Shown piece after piece: positions 40,175 through 53,264 of a stretch of DNA of 64,000 bases (positions are counted from its first letter, which is position 1; the number at the start of each line of letters is the position of its first letter). Source of the stretch: Heterodontus francisci (lineage: Eukaryota); the NCBI RefSeq assembly GCF_036365525.1, contig NC_090392.1, forward strand, positions 58,653,247-58,717,246, in the 5' to 3' direction. The position numbers and the translations under genes were made by a program. The notes beneath the pieces were generated by a model that saw nothing but the letters and a program-made list of their open reading frames with translations, made no database searches and was not told the origin of the DNA.

Positions 40175-40405
40175 CAAGTCACACACCATCCTGACTTGGA
40201 ACTATGTCGCCATTCCTTCACTGTCACTGGGTCAAAATCCTGGAACTCCCTTCCTAACAGCACTGTGGGTGTACCTACCTCACATGGACTGCAGCGGTTC
40301 AAGAAGGCAGCTCACCACCACTTTCTCAAGGGCAATTAGGGATGGGCAATAAATGCTGGCCTGGCCAGTGATGCCCACGTTCCATGAATGAATATAAAAA
40401 AAAAG
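40175..40405 (+). mobile_element. Second LINE family, 3' tail
   Basis: caccatcctgacttggaactat...gggcaataaatgctggcc; further copies at 49855-50075 and 53075-53140. Confidence 0.75.
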
Positions 40406-40479
40406 GAATTCTGTAATTTGAATTAATGCTGTGTTGATGAGCCCACCCTTTTTTTAACACAGTTGATCTTATAATGTCA

Positions 40480-41261
40480 GAGGGCATTGTCATGCCACTT
40501 TTCCACGATGCCATCGTGAGGCAAATGGCAATAAATCATGAAGAAAATGGCAGACATCTCTTTACACGGGGGCTCATTTAAATGGAGGGGGCAGAGCGGC
40601 CACCCCCGATGATGTAGAGGGGGTGGCTGCTCCGGCAACGGCATCCAGCGCCACCGCACAGGCGCCGGCACCATTTTTAAAGGGTTTCAAGCCCTTCAGG
40701 TAAATTTATATGTTTAAAGGTCCCACCGCACTAATGGTAGGAATAACATTTTATTCAAACTTTGCATCCCCTTTCCCATCCTCCCCCACAATGAGTTCTC
40801 AATAAATAAAATTACCTGTACCCCCGGAAAAACAATGTTTTAAATGACAAACTGTAACCCCGCACCTTCAGAACATTTGACCATCAACCCCTTTCCACCA
40901 TTCCCACAACCAATCAGAGCGGTTTTCCCCATTCCCACACCCCTCCTGACCTGAAGATTTCATTGCTCCCCCCTTCCCACCAGTATCACACCTCAGAACT
41001 CTGAACAGCAGCCAGAATATCAGCGTGGGATGACTGCTGGAGCAAGGTTGGTTCGTTTGAATGTTTTTAACATCATTTTAATATTGAAATGAAGGCCCCA
41101 CCGCTGAGCGGCAGGTGGGGGCCGCACTGAGGCCTCGCCGCCGCCAATAAAATGCAGCGAGGCCTTCTCGGCATCAGAGGTCGTGGGGGGTCTCTCCCAG
41201 AAGAAGTTTCTGGGCCCCCTGCCATGACCCTTGACTCCGGAGGCCTCATAAAATTCAGCCC
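40480..41261 (-). mobile_element. GC-rich MITE, inverted homolog of 43908-44674
   Basis: Ends ataaaattcagccc; the reverse complement aligns by eye to 43908 onward. Confidence 0.65.
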
Positions 41262-42454
41262 AAGGTGTTTTGTGAATCTTAATATGGCAGATAATGTCAC
41301 TGTTTTATAAGCTTAACTAAAAATAGACTTCTGTACGCTAAGGCGTTGCATGTATGGTGGGATAAGGTATTCTGGTGGTTAAAATTCTTTAGATTACTTG
41401 GCAGTGATGATTTTATAGTATTACATGAGATTAACTGTAATTTGTATTAAAGTTTTATTAGATAACATCGCATGGGAAATATTCTAATACTATTAAAAAT
41501 GATATGAGGTATCTGAGGTACATTAATTGCTATCCAATTATAACACACCAGTTAACTTATGGAGCAATCATGAGAATTACTCTCCATAAACCCCTCATGA
41601 TAGCACACATTAGCACACTTAGGCTGAACTGCAGTGCTTTCTGTATAAAGGGGAATGTGTCATTGATTTAGTGTTGGTTCAGTGGTAGCACTCTTGCCTT
41701 TAAATCAGATGGTCATGAGTTCAAATTCCACTCCATAATCCAGGCTGATACTTGGTGTTGTGCTGAGAGAGTATTGCATTAATCAAGATGTTTGCCTGGA
41801 CTTTCTACTAGCTTGTGCTATTTTCTTTCAGTGCAATTCTTCCAAACCAGCACAAAAGTTTGCAGAATTACATTTACATCCAGGGTGAATTGGATTTTGG
41901 CACTTGTTTAAAAAGGCATTGCACGAGAAACCACACAACTGGCCACAGCCCTCCAGATCGCCATGGCAAGTTCCCACTAATTATGCCAGTTTGCGGGCCT
42001 TCAAGGAAGCTCTTAAAATTAAGCTGATTCTTTTGGATGCTTTTTAAAAGCTTTTGAACTTTTTTTTTTAACTTACTAAGAAACTGACCGCTGTAGACCA
42101 ATATAACTGGTTCTGTATAGTTTTCAAAAGTCATTTTCAGTAATTTAAAATCAGGTTACTCACAGGTGGTTGACCAGACACTCCGATTAAATACTTATTG
42201 TTTTGTGATAAACCTATTTACAACTGTGATAATCAAACTGTGCTAAGTTACCACTCTTAAATATCAAGGAATATTGTTAAAGCGAAATTTAGAAAAAAAA
42301 AACTTATAAACTGTCCACTTGCACTGGTTCTTGGCAGATTTTAAGTTTGGTGATATGCAAATAAATTTGAGTGGACATTTGAGGAAAAAAAGCACTTCTC
42401 AAATGCAATTTTGGATTGGTGATTGCGCCCAAAGAGGAAACTCTACCCCACCAT

Positions 42455-42770
42455 CTTTTAGATGACATGTTAAACCAAGGCTCAATCTGCTCTCTAAGGT
42501 GGTTATAAAATTCCCATTCCAATAATCAAAGAATAGCAGGGGAGTACTCCTAGTGTCCTGTGCAACATTTATCCCTCGGGCACACTTCAAAAATCAAATT
42601 AACTGGTCAATGATCACATTGCTGTTTGTAAGACCTTGCTGTGTGAAATTGGCTACTATGTTTGCCTACAAAACAGCAGTGATTGTACCTCAAGAAGTAA
42701 TTAATTGGCTTTGGGATGTCCTGAGGAAGTGAAAGCTTCTATATAAATCAAGCTATTTCTTTGAAAACAT
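42455..42770 (+). mobile_element. SacSINE1/Deu-SINE-like 3' part
   Basis: gcaggggagt...gtgtcctg...ttggct...ctttgggatgtcctgagg. A head fragment lies at about 41670-41790. Confidence 0.6.
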
Positions 42771-42823
42771 ATCTTTTTGTTGTCAACTTCCTGCAGTAAG
42801 TGGTATTTATACATAAGGTCTAC

Positions 42824-43120
42824 CTTAGTGCAATTGGCTGCTTTAGGTTCCAGGTCATTTAGTGTCACTAACTCCCGTAGGAGGCTACTTTCTTGATAGC
42901 CGCCCTTGACTCCGCGGAGCTTGAAGTAAGCTTGAGGTCTCTGTAGAATTAACCGAAGGTTTATTGCAAACCCTGCCATATCAATGGCGAATGGTCTGTG
43001 CGGATCAAACACTGTTTTCCATCCGTAAACTTTTCCCGCTGCATTCACTTTTGGAGATTCATATCGGAGTCCGCCCACAAAGGCAACAGGCCAGACTGAG
43101 ACTTTCCTCGTGGTGCGCAT
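42824..43120 (-). CDS. B3GAT1: B3GAT1 third coding exon: C-terminal half of the GT43 domain
   Basis: TAG acceptor and GTAGAC donor, 297 nt, phase 0-0. Translates MRTTRKVSVWPVAFVGGLRYESP...RPFAIDMAGFA...GGYQESSLL...LEPKAANCTK. Confidence 0.97.
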
Positions 43121-43907
43121 CTAATGGAAAGTGAAAAAAAAATGAGTGGTATCAAGTTCTGTTCATTGAAATCAAGACAGCAGAATTACCATAAAAATAC
43201 ATCTAAAGGATTAGTCCTTTGTGTATGTTAACAGGATTTAACATGCTATCAAACACTCCCATCAAATTTAAAATCTCCCATTAATCAGCATGGATGGAAG
43301 AGATGGACCAGAGGTCAGAACATTCTCACTGTGGATATGTTGTATCTACACTTGTGAACGGAGCCAGCTATCCAGGCACACAAGTAAAGACTTTCAGTTG
43401 CATTGTTCACCAGATGTCCAACATCTCGGTTTTATTTGAACAGTACACATCCAAAATTCTGGCTTCACCAACCAAAAAAGGGAAAAAAATAAAATGGCTA
43501 CATAAGATGACAGTGTCAATGACCACTTGATACGCCTGTGCTATATGGTAAGTGTCGCTATGTGAAGCAGTCAATGTTTATTATTCAGTTACGATAAAGA
43601 ACTATAACATAAGCTGTTCACCCTTCCTAGAGGTCACTACATCACTACACCACATCTGTCTTGAAGAGTTAAATCATAATAATGAATTTCCTTGCCTGAA
43701 TTTATAGGGACATCTGTAAAAATGTGCCAACATTGATTATTTCCTATGTGAAATCATATTTTAATCAATTTTCAATATTTAATATTTCTATTTCTTCATA
43801 CTATTCTCTATATCTACCTGCTCTAAAGGTGCTGATCTTTGCTGGGGTATTGCTCTGAAGGTGCTGATGACATCATCCAAATGGCCAGTCTTCATGAGTG
43901 AGACAAT

Positions 43908-44674
43908 GGGCTGAATTTTATGAGACTTCTGGCGTTGGCGTTTGTGGCAGGTGGGCCCGGAAAATTCTTCCGGGAGAGGCCTGCTACCACCCCTGATGCT
44001 GAGAAGGGCCCGCCGCATTTTACTGGCGGCAGCAAGGCCTAGGTGCGGCCCCAGGGACTTCATTTACATATTAAAATCAATGGAAATAAATTTAAATCAA
44101 CTTACCTTGTCCCGGTGGCTGTCCCACGCCAATATTACGGCCGCCAGCAGGAAGTCCTGCACCTTCCGAACTCCGTTCGGAATTCCGAGGCGTGGCACTG
44201 ATGGGGAGCGGGGAGGAGTGAAATTTTCAAGTTGGTGAGGGGTGTGCGGGAAAAACTCTTTGGATTGGTGGGGGGATGGTGGGAAGGGGTTGGGGGGGTT
44301 AAAGTTTTTAAAGGTCGGGTGAAAGGTCGGGATCTGAATAAAAGTATATTTTGGGGGGAATGGGCTATTAATGAATAGATTATTCCTTGGCGGTGTGGAT
44401 GAGTGGAGTGAAGATCTTATTTAATGTATAATTTTAATTTCACATTTCGTTCCCTTTAAAAATTCATAATTTTTCTAAGGGCTTGACGCCGTTTAAAAAT
44501 GGCGCTGGCACCCACACGATGGCACCGGACGCCATTGCCTGGGACAGAGCGACCGCCCCCCTCTATGTCATCGGGGGCCACCGTGGGGGCTCAGCGATGG
44601 TGCATCCGTGTCTAAAAAGCGTCAATTTCAAAGCATGCCGCCACGATTTGCAGCGCACTAATAAAATTCAGCCC
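43908..44674 (+). mobile_element. GC-rich MITE with 14-bp TIRs (possibly PIF/Harbinger)
   Basis: Perfect TIR GGGCTGAATTTTAT / ATAAAATTCAGCCC; 3-nt flanks AAT/AGT. Confidence 0.7.
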
Positions 44675-45075
44675 AGTAAGTGGAAACGGGCTTTTCAACA
44701 GTCAGAGTCATTGTAACTGAACCCGTATTTGTTCTCACACAATGTCCACAAGTGTATGCACTTAGATCAGTAGCTGGTGGACAGTGATCAAGAGAGTGAA
44801 ACCTCGCTGACTTATATTCCTCTCTAACCTGCAATGTATAAAGTAATCCGGGTGTCCCCACCACCATGCTGACTGATAACAGAGCTTTTGAACCTCCCAG
44901 CCAATGTGACTCAATGTCACACCTCATTGTGTATTTTCTCATTCAAGCATCAGAGGAGCTGAAGATGTTTGATAGTTTTTCAGTTCCACAATTTGACAAG
45001 TAGATATTTTAAAATAATTTTTAGTGCTCAGTAAAAGGGTCATAAGCTTGCAGAACGAAGAACTAACTGTCCAGA

Positions 45076-45168
45076 AATAAAAACAAGAAATGCTGGAACC
45101 ACTCAGCAGGTCTGGCAGCATCTGTGGTAAGAGAAGCAGAGTTAACGTTTCGGGTCAGTGACCCTTTT
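45076..45168 (-). mobile_element. Single-arm copy of the putative Penelope-like pLTR element, copy 2
   Basis: aatgctggaaccactcagcaggtctggcagcatctg...gttaacgtttcgggtcagtgaccc; TSD AACTAACTGTCCAGA (45061-45075) / AATTAACTGTCCAGA (45169-45183). Confidence 0.7.
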
Positions 45169-46197
45169 AATTAACTGTCCAGACCGGAAGGAGTGTCAAG
45201 TGCTGTCTTCAGCTACTCCCCTTTCAGTTGAGGCTCCTTCCCCACCTCTTCCCATATCCTTAGTTTTTGTAGAAACTTTCACATTTCAGCAGAAAATGAA
45301 GTCTTGAAAAGATTATTGGCTCGTAAAGTTGCAGTTGTGGATTTGAACACTGTTTGGTGAAGATTCAGAGTGAAGATTCTGGAACTCCAATGAAACATGT
45401 GGGGGCATCTCTGAACTAACAATATCTGCTAACGATACCATACTGCTAAATATGACCATATCAGGAACATTCACAGAAATAAAGAAAACTTATTGGATAT
45501 TCCTATTAACTTTACACAGCTGAATAAACAGGAACCACGCTCAGCATAAAACTGTCATGGCTGGCATATTGAAGGACTAATAGCAGATTTCTGCACTGTT
45601 ATTTTGGGACTGAGGTCAGATCACACGCTTGTGTGTTTTGCCCACAATCAAAAAATACTAAACAATACGATAATAGTTTTAGATTCTATACTGTTTCACA
45701 TGACACTTTGAATGAAATTGCGCATTAAATTAATATATTTGTTTTTTGTTTAAAAGCGCGATTTCTTTTTCGTAAGGGGAGGAGCAGCATTAAACGAAGC
45801 TTGGTTTATTGCTGAGGAAACAACAGAGAGTCATAGAGTTATTTACGGCACAGAAAGAGGCCATTCAGCCCATCAGGTCCATGGGAGCACAAAGTGCCAA
45901 CCAACTTGCTGCATGAATTATTCTTAGAATGGTGAGCGGCCCTTTTATGAGGATCAAAAGTGGAATCAAGTTGTCTGAAGAACTGCTGGTGAATCACTAT
46001 GGATCCCTTGAAGAGTCAATCAGAGTAGTTTATCTGGGTAATTCTGGGCAAAGCCTGTGGCTTAATGCATACTATTCATTCTACCACTTGGGATGTTCCT
46101 CCCTACGCTCACTTATAATATGATTTTTTTTAAAAACTGTAACCTGAATTTCTTCATATTATGCGATAGGATTAAATCAAAGTTAAGCTCATACCCT

Positions 46198-46625
46198 TAG
46201 AAGGTTGTGGGTTCAAGTCGCACTCCAGGACTCAAGCACAAGAATCTAGGCTGACATTCTAGTGCAGTACTGAGGGAGTGCTGCACTGTCAGAGGTGCCA
46301 TTTGTTGGATGAGACATTAAAAAAAAAATGAGTCTGCTCTCTTAGGTGGACCGGCGAGATCTCATGACACTATTTTGAAGAAGAGCAGGGGAGTCATCTC
46401 TGGTGTCCTGGCCAGTATTTATCCCTCAATCAACATCCCAGGAACAGATTATCTGGTCATTATTATGTAGCTCTTTGTGGGAGTTTGTTGTCTGCAAATT
46501 GGCTGCCGTGTTTCCTACATTACAACAGTGACTACACTTCAAAATGTATTTCATTGGCTGCAAAGTGTTTTGGGAGATCCTGAAGTCATGAAAGGCTCTA
46601 TATAAATGCAAGTCTTTCTTTTCTT
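46198..46625 (+). mobile_element. SacSINE1/Deu-SINE-like SINE
   Basis: B box ggttcaagtc, Deu-like domain gtgcagtactgagggagtgctgcactgtc...ggatgagac, L2-like tail tatataaatgcaagtctttcttt. Confidence 0.75.
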
Positions 46626-47784
46626 TTAATAAATCACTCCTAATGAAATCAGAAACTCGTCTTTTTTATTCAAATATGTTTATAACAAAATAAAATGGTT
46701 GATGTGTTTGACTGCATTAAGAACAGACAGAACTTCTGTCCCAGCAGCATGTCATTTATATTTTTCCTGGCAAAAGTGAAGTAAACCCACTTTTGAAATA
46801 GGTGTGACAGTATTGATGATGCCAAGTCGTGACAAAAAGCCCAACTTTAAAGTCTTTGCTCAAATGAGCTGCTGGTGGATGCCCAACCAATGTCACGGCT
46901 CACACCAAGTGTGCTGATGCCCAGGGAAGATTTTCCATTGATCCTTGGGTGTCTTGGCTTGGAAAAGGGGCCAAGACCAAAACCTTAAATAACCAATACA
47001 AACAAACATGCTTCACAATGGATACTCTCTAAAGGCCGGGCGTGGACATGTCACCCTAACAATGTGAGACAGTGAGGAACAAACATATCACAAATCAGGA
47101 TACTCCAATGCAATACTGAGGGACAGCTGTATTATCAGACGCCCTGGGGGTTGAAGCTGGTGTTAGTAGCGTAACATAGCAATAGTGCATTGAGAGTTTG
47201 TTTTACACCTTCCCTGGAAAATAAAATCAGGCCGGCTGTAAAATGGGCTGCTGACACACCATTGCCCATTTTGTGCTATGGTCCCCAAGAGCAATTGGGG
47301 AGATGTTAAAGATGGAGGCAGAAGATCTACTCTGGCTCTATTCAATAGACGATTATGGAATTCCCCATGTGCTCTGGCCAGCACTCTTTCCTCAGTTTAA
47401 AGTACCAAAACCTGTCATCCATTTCATGTTCTGTTTGTGAAATTTGCTGTACACAAATAAACTGCCTTCTTCACCTGCATAACGACAGGCACTATGTTTC
47501 TTGCTTTTTGCTAGAGTTTTCACTCTTACTACCTGAGTGATATTCAGCTTCAAGATCTTGAAAGAACACTATAACTGTCAAAGATGCAAACTTCAGTGCA
47601 ATATTGGTGAAAAACAAATGATGGGAATGTTTCATTTGTCACTGTCTCATTACCATATTTATCATTATACTGGTACCAAGAGCTGTAAAGCATTGTGATT
47701 TATACAAGCTACATTACATATTGTTACAATCCTAATGGGCTGAACATTGTTTTTCAAGTTGAGGCATAATGATCCATGTAAAAA

Positions 47785-49512
47785 AAAGAACAAAGAACAA
47801 AGAACAAAGATAATTACAGCACAGGAACAGGCCCTTCGGCCCTCCAAGCCTGCGCCGATCCAGATCCTCTCTCTAAACATGTCGCCTATTTTCTAAGGTT
47901 CTGTATCTCTTTTCTTCCTGCCCATTCATGTATCTGTCTAGATACATCTTAAAAGACTCCATCGTGCCCGCGTCTACCACCTCCGCTGGCAACGCGTTCC
48001 AGGTGCCCACCACCCTCTGCGTAAAGAACTTTCCACGCATATCCCCCCTAAACATTTCCCCTTTCACTTTGAACTCGTGTCCTCTCGTAATTGAAACCCC
48101 CACTCTGGGAAAAAGCCTCTTGCTGTCCACCCTGTCTATACCTCTCATGATTTTGTACACCTCAATCAGGTCCCCCCTCAACCTCCGTCTTTCTAATGAA
48201 AATAATCCTAATCTACTCAACCTCTCTTCATAGCTAGCACCCTCCATACCAGGCAACATCCTGGTGAACCTCCTCTGCACCCTCTCCAAAGCATCCACAT
48301 CCTTTTGATAATGTGGCGACCAGAACTGTACGCAGTATTCCAAATGTGGCCGAACCAAAGTCCTATACAACTGTAACGTGACCTGCCAACTCTTGTACTC
48401 AATGCCCTGTCCGATGAAGGAAAGCATGCCGTATGCCTTCTTGACCACTCTATTTACCTGCGTTGCCACCTTCAGGGAACAGTGGACCTGAACACCCAAA
48501 TCTCTCTGGACATCAATTTTCCCCAGGACTTTTCCATTTACTGTATAGTTCACTCTTGAATTGGATCTTCCAAAATGCATCACCTCGCATTTGCCCTGAT
48601 TGAACTCCATCTGCCATTTCTCTGCCCAACTCTCTAATATATCTATATTCTGCTGTATTCTCTGACAGTCCCCTTCACTATCTGCTACTCCACCAATCTT
48701 AGTGTCGTCTGCAAACTTGCTAATCAGTCCACCTATACTTTCCTCCAAATCATTAATGTATATCACAAACAACAGTGGTCCCAGCACGGATCCCTGTGGA
48801 ACACCACTGGTCACACGTCTCCATTTTGAGAAACTCCCCTCTACTGCTACTCTCTGTCTCCTGTTGCCCAGCCAGTTCTTTATCCATCTAGCTAGTACAC
48901 CTTGGACCCCAAGCGCCTTCACTTTCTCCACCAGCCTGCCATGGGGAACCTTATCAAACGCCTTACTGAAGTCCATGTATATGACATCGACAGCCCTTCC
49001 CTCATCAATCAACTTTGTCACTTCCTCAAAGAATTCTATTAAGTTGGTAAGACATGACCTTCCCTGCACAAAACCATGTTGCCTATCACTGATGAGCCCA
49101 TTTTCTTCCAAATGGAAATAGATCCTATCCCTCAGTATCTTCTCCAGCAGCTTCCCTACCACTGACGTCAGGCTCACCGGTCTATAATTACCTGGATTAT
49201 CTCTGCTACCCTTCTTAAACAAGGGGACAACATTAGCAATTCTCCAGTCCTCCGGGACCTCACCCGTGTTTAAGGATGCTGCAAAGATATCTGTTAAGGC
49301 CCCAGCTATTTCCTCTCTCGCTTCCCTCAGTAACCTGGGATAGATCCCATCCGGACCTGGGGACTTGTCCACCTTAATGCCCTTTAGAATACCCAACACT
49401 TCCTCCCTCCTTATGCCGACTTGACCTAGAGTAATCAAACATCTGTTCCTAACCTCAACATCCGTCATGTCCCTCTCCTCGGTGAATACCGATGCAAAGT
49501 ACTCGTTTAGAA
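47785..49512 (-). mobile_element. Young 5'-truncated CR1 LINE with an uninterrupted ORF2 RT domain (ORF 47873-49531)
   Basis: 552 codons with no stop: SPGPDGI, NYRPVSLTS, DFSKAFDKVPH, GVPQGSVLGP, FADD. (TTCTTTG)n tail. No endonuclease domain or ORF1. Confidence 0.95.
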
Positions 49513-50454
49513 AGTGCAGAAGAACTTGCAAAAACTAGCCTGGCAGCATTATCACTGACTTGCTCTGTTCTTATGAGGTAAAATACTCCTGCATGTCATC
49601 ATAAAATAAAAGTCATCTGTAATGCAACAATGCATAACCATTTGAGAAACATAGGAACATGGGAAACAAGAGCAGGAGTAGAAAACATAATGGCTTTTAG
49701 CATTTGAATGGAGATGTAGCTGGCAGTATCTGCAGTTTTATGGTGGACTCAGAAGATTGATTTTATGTAGCTCTGTGTGCTGGGAGCACAGGTCAGGAAT
49801 TGGGCTTGGAAGTCAGTCGGCCTACAGGATTTTCTAAAATGACCTTATATGTACACTTACCATCCTGACTTGGAACTATATTGCTGCTCCTTCACCATCA
49901 CTGGATCAAAATCCTGGAACTCTCTCCCTAAAAACACTGTGGGTGTACCCACACCATATGGACTGCAACAGTTCAAGAGGGCTGTTCACAACAACCTGCT
50001 CCTGGGCAATTAGAGATGGATAATAAATGCTGGCCTTGCCGGCAACACCCACATCCCAACAGCAAATTAAAAAAAACTACATAAGGCTGTGATAGGAAAA
50101 AATGTATCTTGTTCTTTTACTGAGAAACCTGGGAGAGCATCATTGGCAAAGTGGAGGGCATTACCAAAACTAAAAGAAAGAGATGAAATGATTAGGCAAT
50201 TCAATAAATAATGTGTACTTGATGCCAAGCTTGAATATTACAAGTCTGCAGATGATAGGAGAAAAAGAAGTTTATTAATATTTAACAGAAAAGTATAAGC
50301 AGATGAAGCAAATTAACATCAAACTAATTGGGAGGGAGGATACATAGACACTAAACTATCATAAAAATTGGATGAATCATATGGGCACTTGCTTGTAAGT
50401 CAGTCTTTGGCAACACAAACCACAAGCATGTAATTCTGGCTGTACATTGTGTTC

Positions 50455-50880
50455 ACATAGGAACAGGAGTAGGCTGTTCAGCCACCAAACCTGCTCCCAT
50501 GGCTGATTTGTACCTTAACTCCTTAGTTTCATATCTCTTGATACCATTACCTAACAAAATTCTATCAATCTCAGTCTTGAAAGCTCCAATTGTCATAGCT
50601 TCCTCTTTGGAAGAGAGAATTTCAGATTTCCACTACCTTTTGTGTGAAAAAAGCTTATACCATATGCATTAATATCTTTAACATCTCAATCCCCTCACTC
50701 GTAAATCTTCTATACTCAATGGAATGAAAGTTTCTGGAAACTGTCATCACGAATTAGCCCTCTTTGGTGTAAATCTGGTGAATCTGTACGGAACCCTCTC
50801 CAAGATCAATATATCCTTCCTGAGGTATTCCTAAAACTAAACACATACTCCAGATGAGGTCTGAACAAGTCTGTATGTGA
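50455..50880 (-). mobile_element. Degenerate CR1 3' fragment
   Basis: cataggaacaggagtaggc terminus; atatccttcctgagg...tactccagatgaggtct. Confidence 0.65.
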
Positions 50881-50984
50881 AGAATGAATAACAAGACCCA
50901 TTCCCAATTTGTCCACACTGGAGCAAATTGAAGATATCCTTAACCTTGATGCTTTGCTGTCAGACAAAGAACTGAACCCTCCTC

Positions 50985-51244
50985 CGTTGTGTGATTGCCT
51001 TTAAGAGTGATGTCCCTTAAAGATCTTAGTATGTTAATGAGCTATGTGCCAGGATTCAGTCAAGTGACTACATGCCACTCTCACTCTGTAACTGGAACAC
51101 CAAGAGGCAAGTCATGTAAATAGTTAGCTCTGCATTGCATGTACTTGTTAGTTGTTAATAAACCTGCTTGAACTCTTCAATTAATTGAACTTCACACATC
51201 TCATTTATGTTGCATCAAATAACATTAAAAAGTTTTGCAGTACA
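50985..51244 (+). mobile_element. Possible short solo LTR
   Basis: (C)GTTG...TACA termini, internal AATAAA, TCCTC on both sides (50980-50984, 51245-51249). Confidence 0.4.
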
Positions 51245-51406
51245 TCCTCCATCTCCGGACCCAAATTACCCACTCCTTTTAGATGTGACTCCTTCCATTG
51301 CTGCTATTACCACCGCAGAATGATATAGGTTGCAGGGGAATATAGCACTTAATGAGTAAAAGTGCAAGGACCTGAGGGTGTAAAACATGCAAATACACAT
51401 TTATAT

Positions 51407-52249
51407 TGTCATGCTAGGCCCCCACCTGCCAAGAATAAGGCATATCAATTTTGTCATGAACATTGATTTTTAACTGTTGTTGGAATGAGGAAATGACTTG
51501 TTAAACAGATCTGCCGTGGCTGGAAAAAACATTTACATACTAACAGACATCGAAGGTGAGGAAGTGCATTCCAGGGCCTGCTAAGGAGGATACAATCCAC
51601 AAGGGTCAGGACTGGTTAGACCAGCTGGTCACCTGACTAACTGGCTGTTCCAGGGTTTTCTTTTGAACTGGCCACAGAGAGTTTGAACTCAGAAAGACTG
51701 TTTGCTCCTGAACTGAGAAGATCTCTCCTCTCTGCTCCCATCTCCTTCCCACAAGCCACTGAATCCACTGAACACACCTGAATCCCAAGAGAGAAAAGTC
51801 TCCTACAGCGAACAAGGTTTAAGAAGAATACTGGGCCCCAAAAAAAAGCAAGATCTACCTACAATCAAGGACTCTACAGTGAGCTCGAAGATCAGTAACA
51901 AAAAACCCTCTTCAGAGATTTCCTCAAACCTTTCCACTTTATTTCTTCTGCTCTGTTCTATCTGCATGTGCGTATCGCGTATGCATGCTAGCTTGGGTGC
52001 GTCGTGTATCTGAAGGCGTTAACCGAATTAGAGTTTAAAGTTTGAGTTTAATAAATTTAAACTTTTCTTCTTTAAACCTAAGAAAACCTGTTGGCACTGG
52101 TTCCTTTGCCTTATAATTGGAAAGTGGTGAACAAGGATTCACCAAGGGGGAGCTAAAAACATGGTGTGTTTAAAATTAAACCCTGTTACGGTAAGACCAG
52201 ATGAAGGCTGAGAGGGAACCCCAGACACCTTTCTCACCTGGTCGTAACA
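51407..52249 (+). mobile_element. Solo LTR, family A
   Basis: TGTCA...TAACA termini, perfect TSD ATAT (51403-51406, 52250-52253), AATAAA near 52050; inverted homolog of 9952-10746. Confidence 0.75.
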
Positions 52250-53264
52250 ATATAGTGAGGTGTTGACAAGAAAGCTCTTGCTAACTAAAATTGTGCATGG
52301 ATTTCATATGTCATTCTTTAAGCAACAGTTGCATTATAATCAACAGGGGTACTCAGTTAAATTTGATATTTGCATCTCTCTCCCAGGTATCTGGCATTCC
52401 AGTCATTTCGAGTTTGTGACTCACTCCTGGTTATATATCATTGTATATACATAATGATAATAAGAAGTGGATGCTTTCCCAAATATAGCAATGATATATT
52501 TTACTTGAGGGCATAAGAGATTCTGACTGACTAGAGGGCATTTGGCCCAGCAATCTGATCAATCCAGACACCATATATGATTATCCTAATATGGATTCCC
52601 CATGACCCACAATCACCTGTCTGTAAGGAATACTAAATTCCTTCTGCTACCTCTCCCAACAAAATCAAGTAGTGTTATTAGCATTTCTATGACCTTTCTC
52701 AACAGATATCATCCAGAACCTCTTAAGAAGTGTCAATCAACCCTGAATTAATTACCTTCTGTGGGATTCTGTTCCATGTATCCATTGCCCCAAGGATTGG
52801 TTGGGGGAGGGTTGATAGTTTCTCACCTCTAAGGCTTGTGAATGTTGTACTTCTGTCCTCTGGTCTTTTGCTCATCATTCAAGTTAATGATTTACTCTAA
52901 ACTTTCACTATTTTGAAGACTGTGTCTTGTCTCCCTTCAGCCTTTTCTCCAGAAAAATATAAGTTGAATTTTTCTTGCCATACTTCCCTTTTAAATTAAG
53001 TTTTATGAGACTGGGTTACTAAATCTGCATATTGTATTCCGGGACGGGCCTCAGCACTGATCTGTACCTTCTCGACGGCAAGTAGTGATGGGCAACAAAT
53101 GCTGGCCTTTCCAGTGACAGCCACATCCCATGAAAAAATAGAAATTATAGCTTTGTTCTGACTTGTAACCTAACATCTTGCTGATGCACCCACTACCTAA
53201 TTTACTTTATTGATAATTGCTTCAAACTGATGTTTTCAGCTTCTATCATCATATACTCTTTAAC

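Noticed and set aside
47873-49531. 552-aa reverse transcriptase ORF as a host gene, retron or novel RT system
   Set aside because: Motifs, 3' hairpin and microsatellite tail are standard CR1 ORF2. The start lies in flanking DNA and is not an ATG, and many decayed paralogues occur in the window.
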